From IMG/VR virus record IMGVR_UViG_3300037467_000877, positions 1-46,323 of that record: a DNA stretch of 46,323 nucleotides, one strand, 5' to 3'. Under the pieces are notes generated by a model. It made no database searches and was not told the origin of the DNA. It saw only the letters and a list, made by a program, of their open reading frames with translations. Numbering within the stretch: position 1 is the stretch's first letter; the number at the start of each line of letters is the position of its first letter. The translations under genes and the position numbers were made by a program. Source of the DNA: a virus (Duplodnaviria; Caudoviricetes). Shown in pieces: positions 44,028-46,323 of this stretch.

Positions 44028-44557
44028 GCCTTCCCCCTCACCACAACCCACGCTACGGCCTGCAGCCGCGCCACGGTGGTCCGAGCGTAAGCAGCTGCAA
44101 TGGTGAGCGCGTTTGCGATGGTCTGGTAGGCCTTCTCGGTCACACTACGAGTCCAACCGATAGCCCGTAGCACCCACACATCCACAACTGCCGCGCGCTC
44201 GTCGCCCATGATGGCTCGATAGAACGCCCGGGTCTTAGGACCACTCAAAACGTCAAGAGGCCTGGCCCCTGCCGCGATAGCACGAGCCTTCGCCAGTGAT
44301 GTGCTAAACACGCCGGGCACGGATTCTGCCCCTGCCATGACGGCCTCAGCCGCGCGGATGTTAGTGGTCCAATGCAACCGAGGGGACAATGCCGCCACCA
44401 CACCGGCAACAGTGGTCACTTTTGCATTGTGGTCCTTAGCAATGCGACGGCACTCACCCTTTGCAGTCTCGTACCACGAGTTACCTGCAGCCTTCGTAGC
44501 TCGGTCAGCGCTCGCCCAATGGGCCAGCAACCGACGCACCATTGTCTGAACGCGCAT
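44024..44557 (-). CDS. Phage early protein with helix-hairpin-helix-like motifs
   Basis: WY..A, AALSP...W..N, LSGPKTRAFY, VVDVW..RA, LQAVAW; GGAGG SD. Confidence 0.7.
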   Translation of the reverse strand: MRVQTMVRRLLAHWASADRATKAAGNSWYETAKGECRRIAKDHNAKVTTVAGVVAALSPRLHWTTNIRAAEAVMAGAESVPGVFSTSLAKARAIAAGARPLDVLSGPKTRAFYRAIMGDERAAVVDVWVLRAIGWTRSVTEKAYQTIANALTIAAAYARTTVARLQAVAWVVVRGKA

Positions 44558-44623
44558 GATTGCCTCCAATTGACCCACCATTAGATGGGCCCATTGCAAG
44601 CGGCCATACGACCGCGTTGCCCC

Positions 44624-45166
44624 TCAAGCCACGCAATAGACGGGCTGGACCGTGGCCAGCACATCATCCAAAGCCCAAAACATCCACTGAGGTAGGCACG
44701 CCACCTTTTGGGCCCCGAAGGCACCATTGACGAGTGCGCTCGCCACTTGCCCAACGGCCTCCGTGAATAGGGCATGACGAGCCTGAATGCCACCAGTGAT
44801 ACGGTCATGGGCCCGATAGGCGCGTAGCTCACCCTCCCACGAGAAATCCGAGCCTGTTTGCCAGTGACCACACACGTCATGGACCACGCGAAACGCCCGG
44901 TTCACCTCTGGCGTCCACACCGGATGCTCGTGGTTCACATCGGACACGAGTAGCCGATTGCGCCCGATGTCACCGAACATGCCCTCCACCGTTGCGTACG
45001 GCTCGGGGTCATTGACCGGGACCACCGTCAACCACCGAGTAAGCTCTCGGTAGTGGGCCAGAGTCTCGCTCGCAAGCAACTCCCACGCAAACACATCGCG
45101 CATGACGAGCGTGGGAGCCACGTCATACGCTGCAGCCACTACCCGACGGTAGGCGTCAGCGTTCAT
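44624..45166 (-). CDS. Hypothetical phage protein with HDxxGH putative metal-binding motif
   Basis: N..FR.VHD..GH....F...GE..AY..H...ALFTE..GQ; GGAGGT SD. Confidence 0.7.
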   Translation of the reverse strand: MNADAYRRVVAAAYDVAPTLVMRDVFAWELLASETLAHYRELTRWLTVVPVNDPEPYATVEGMFGDIGRNRLLVSDVNHEHPVWTPEVNRAFRVVHDVCGHWQTGSDFSWEGELRAYRAHDRITGGIQARHALFTEAVGQVASALVNGAFGAQKVACLPQWMFWALDDVLATVQPVYCVA

Positions 45167-45241
45167 TGGTCAATACCTCCCTACCGACGTGCTAAGCACA
45201 TCGCTAGGCAAGCATCGGCCGTTAGGCCAGTGCAGCCCGGA

Positions 45242-45436
45242 CTAGCGCGAGAGTTGCGGCTCGTGGCCGAACATGCGGACTGAGGCCTCCATGGTCCCGT
45301 AGGGGCACGTGGCGAGGACCGAGGGGCCATCTTCAGAGGGCAGGTACGTTGCCCAATGACCCTCCGAGTTGATGACCTCGGCGATTGCCAGCGCCTCGCC
45401 CGGACTGGTGGCGTGGATACGGAAGGTGCGCGCCAT
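45242..45436 (-). CDS. Small hypothetical early protein
   Basis: ATG directly after the upstream stop. Confidence 0.55.
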   Translation of the reverse strand: MARTFRIHATSPGEALAIAEVINSEGHWATYLPSEDGPSVLATCPYGTMEASVRMFGHEPQLSR

Positions 45437-45437
45437 G

Positions 45438-45737
45438 TTACTTGGCCCCCTTTCCCGGTCCGCCAGCTGACAGACCGGGGTGCGTGCCATTCAGGATGGC
45501 GATGGACTCGCTCACCATCTGACCGAGGCCCGCCTCGATTGCGTCCGCCTCGATGCGGAGGGTTTTCGCGCGCTGCAGAGCAGTGGTCAGCTCGCGACCC
45601 TTGGCAGCAACCATGACGCTCTTACGGTCGGTGGCGAACGGGTTGCCGCTGATGTGGTCCGCGAGGCGCTTCAGGACGGCATCCGGGGTGGTGTCAGGGC
45701 TGATATCGGTGACGGTAGCGGTCGTGAGCTTGGACAT
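45438..45737 (-). CDS. Hypothetical early protein
   Basis: GGAGGT SD before ATG45737. Confidence 0.65.
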   Translation of the reverse strand: MSKLTTATVTDISPDTTPDAVLKRLADHISGNPFATDRKSVMVAAKGRELTTALQRAKTLRIEADAIEAGLGQMVSESIAILNGTHPGLSAGGPGKGAK

Positions 45738-45831
45738 TGGTGTAACCTCCATGGGCGACCCATGCGTGATGCGTGGTAGTGCCCCACCTAGACTCGTGAC
45801 ATGCACGAATCCACATGGGGGACGACCCCGC

Positions 45832-46059
45832 TCAGTACGAGTGATAGTGGTCGACCGCTAGACGACCACACCCGCGACCAGCCTCGTTGGCAGCCGCAAG
45901 CGCCATCGCGCCGAGGATACGCTGAGCCTTGGCGCTCTTGGCCCGGTCCGCTTTGTCTGACAGCTTGTCTGACAGGTTCAGAGCCCCGCTGGCGCGGTAG
46001 ACGGCACCAACCGGGGGCAAGAGGCGGCGAACGAGTGCTTGAGCAAGAGTTGTCGGCAT
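45832..46059 (-). CDS. Hypothetical early protein; start uncertain
   Basis: First ORF of the - strand arm; weak SD. Confidence 0.35.
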   Translation of the reverse strand: MPTTLAQALVRRLLPPVGAVYRASGALNLSDKLSDKADRAKSAKAQRILGAMALAAANEAGRGCGRLAVDHYHSY

Positions 46060-46148
46060 TGTGACAGACCCAATGAGCAAAGCTGAGGCCAATGCTCATT
46101 GCCTGCCAAGTGGGCGGACCGAAAGACCCAATGCACATTGCCACTGGG

Positions 46149-46323
46149 GATGAAGTCACCAGGCTAAGTGTGCGATTGGTGGCTAGGTGTGCGTAATCGA
46201 TCGTATAAAGTGCCTGGGGGCCGAGTCACCAGTTTGGGGAGTAAACTCCCACCCACGTCGGATGTGTCAAAGTTGGCACAATGAACGCGCGCGCGATGCC
46301 AGGGCTCCCTACGCCATCTGCCG
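46149..46323 (+). repeat. Terminal direct repeat, right copy
   Basis: Matches 1..175 with one mismatch. Confidence 0.95.

Larger units (their letters stand above)
1..46323. mobile_element. Complete temperate phage genome (podovirus-like Caudoviricetes)
   Basis: Terminase-portal-scaffold-capsid-adaptor-nozzle-ejection gene order with no tape measure or sheath. Replication, recombination, lysis and integrase genes are present, the attP is intact and the ends are directly repeated. Confidence 0.93.

Overview
The window looks like a complete ~46.3 kb GC-rich temperate tailed phage genome of podovirus type. It is bounded by a 175-bp direct repeat (1..175 = 46149..46323, one mismatch). The + strand left arm carries packaging and virion genes: terminase, portal, scaffold, capsid, adaptor, Gly-rich fibre, nozzle, three probable ejection proteins and an SGNH/SASA esterase. 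A central accessory island (22.5-24.7 kb) has its own promoters. The - strand right arm carries an amidase endolysin, a split family-A DNA polymerase (separate exonuclease and polymerase ORFs), vWA and AAA proteins, nucleotide-metabolism genes, a DnaB-like helicase, an SSB/Cas4-like nuclease/ERF module, a tyrosine integrase with an attP matching the 3' part of a tRNA-Leu(GAG), and many small early genes including a RadC/JAB protein. The least explained features are non-coding: a pseudoknot-capable RNA directly after the capsid stop codon, a 66-nt tRNA mimic with a 5-nt 'anticodon' loop, and a densely structured ~400-nt segment near the left end. Also notable are a leaderless coiled-coil/winged-helix regulator, the absence of a recognisable CI repressor, and strong GATC depletion. 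All protein calls come from motif recognition by eye with no database searches. A myxobacterial host is only a tentative inference.
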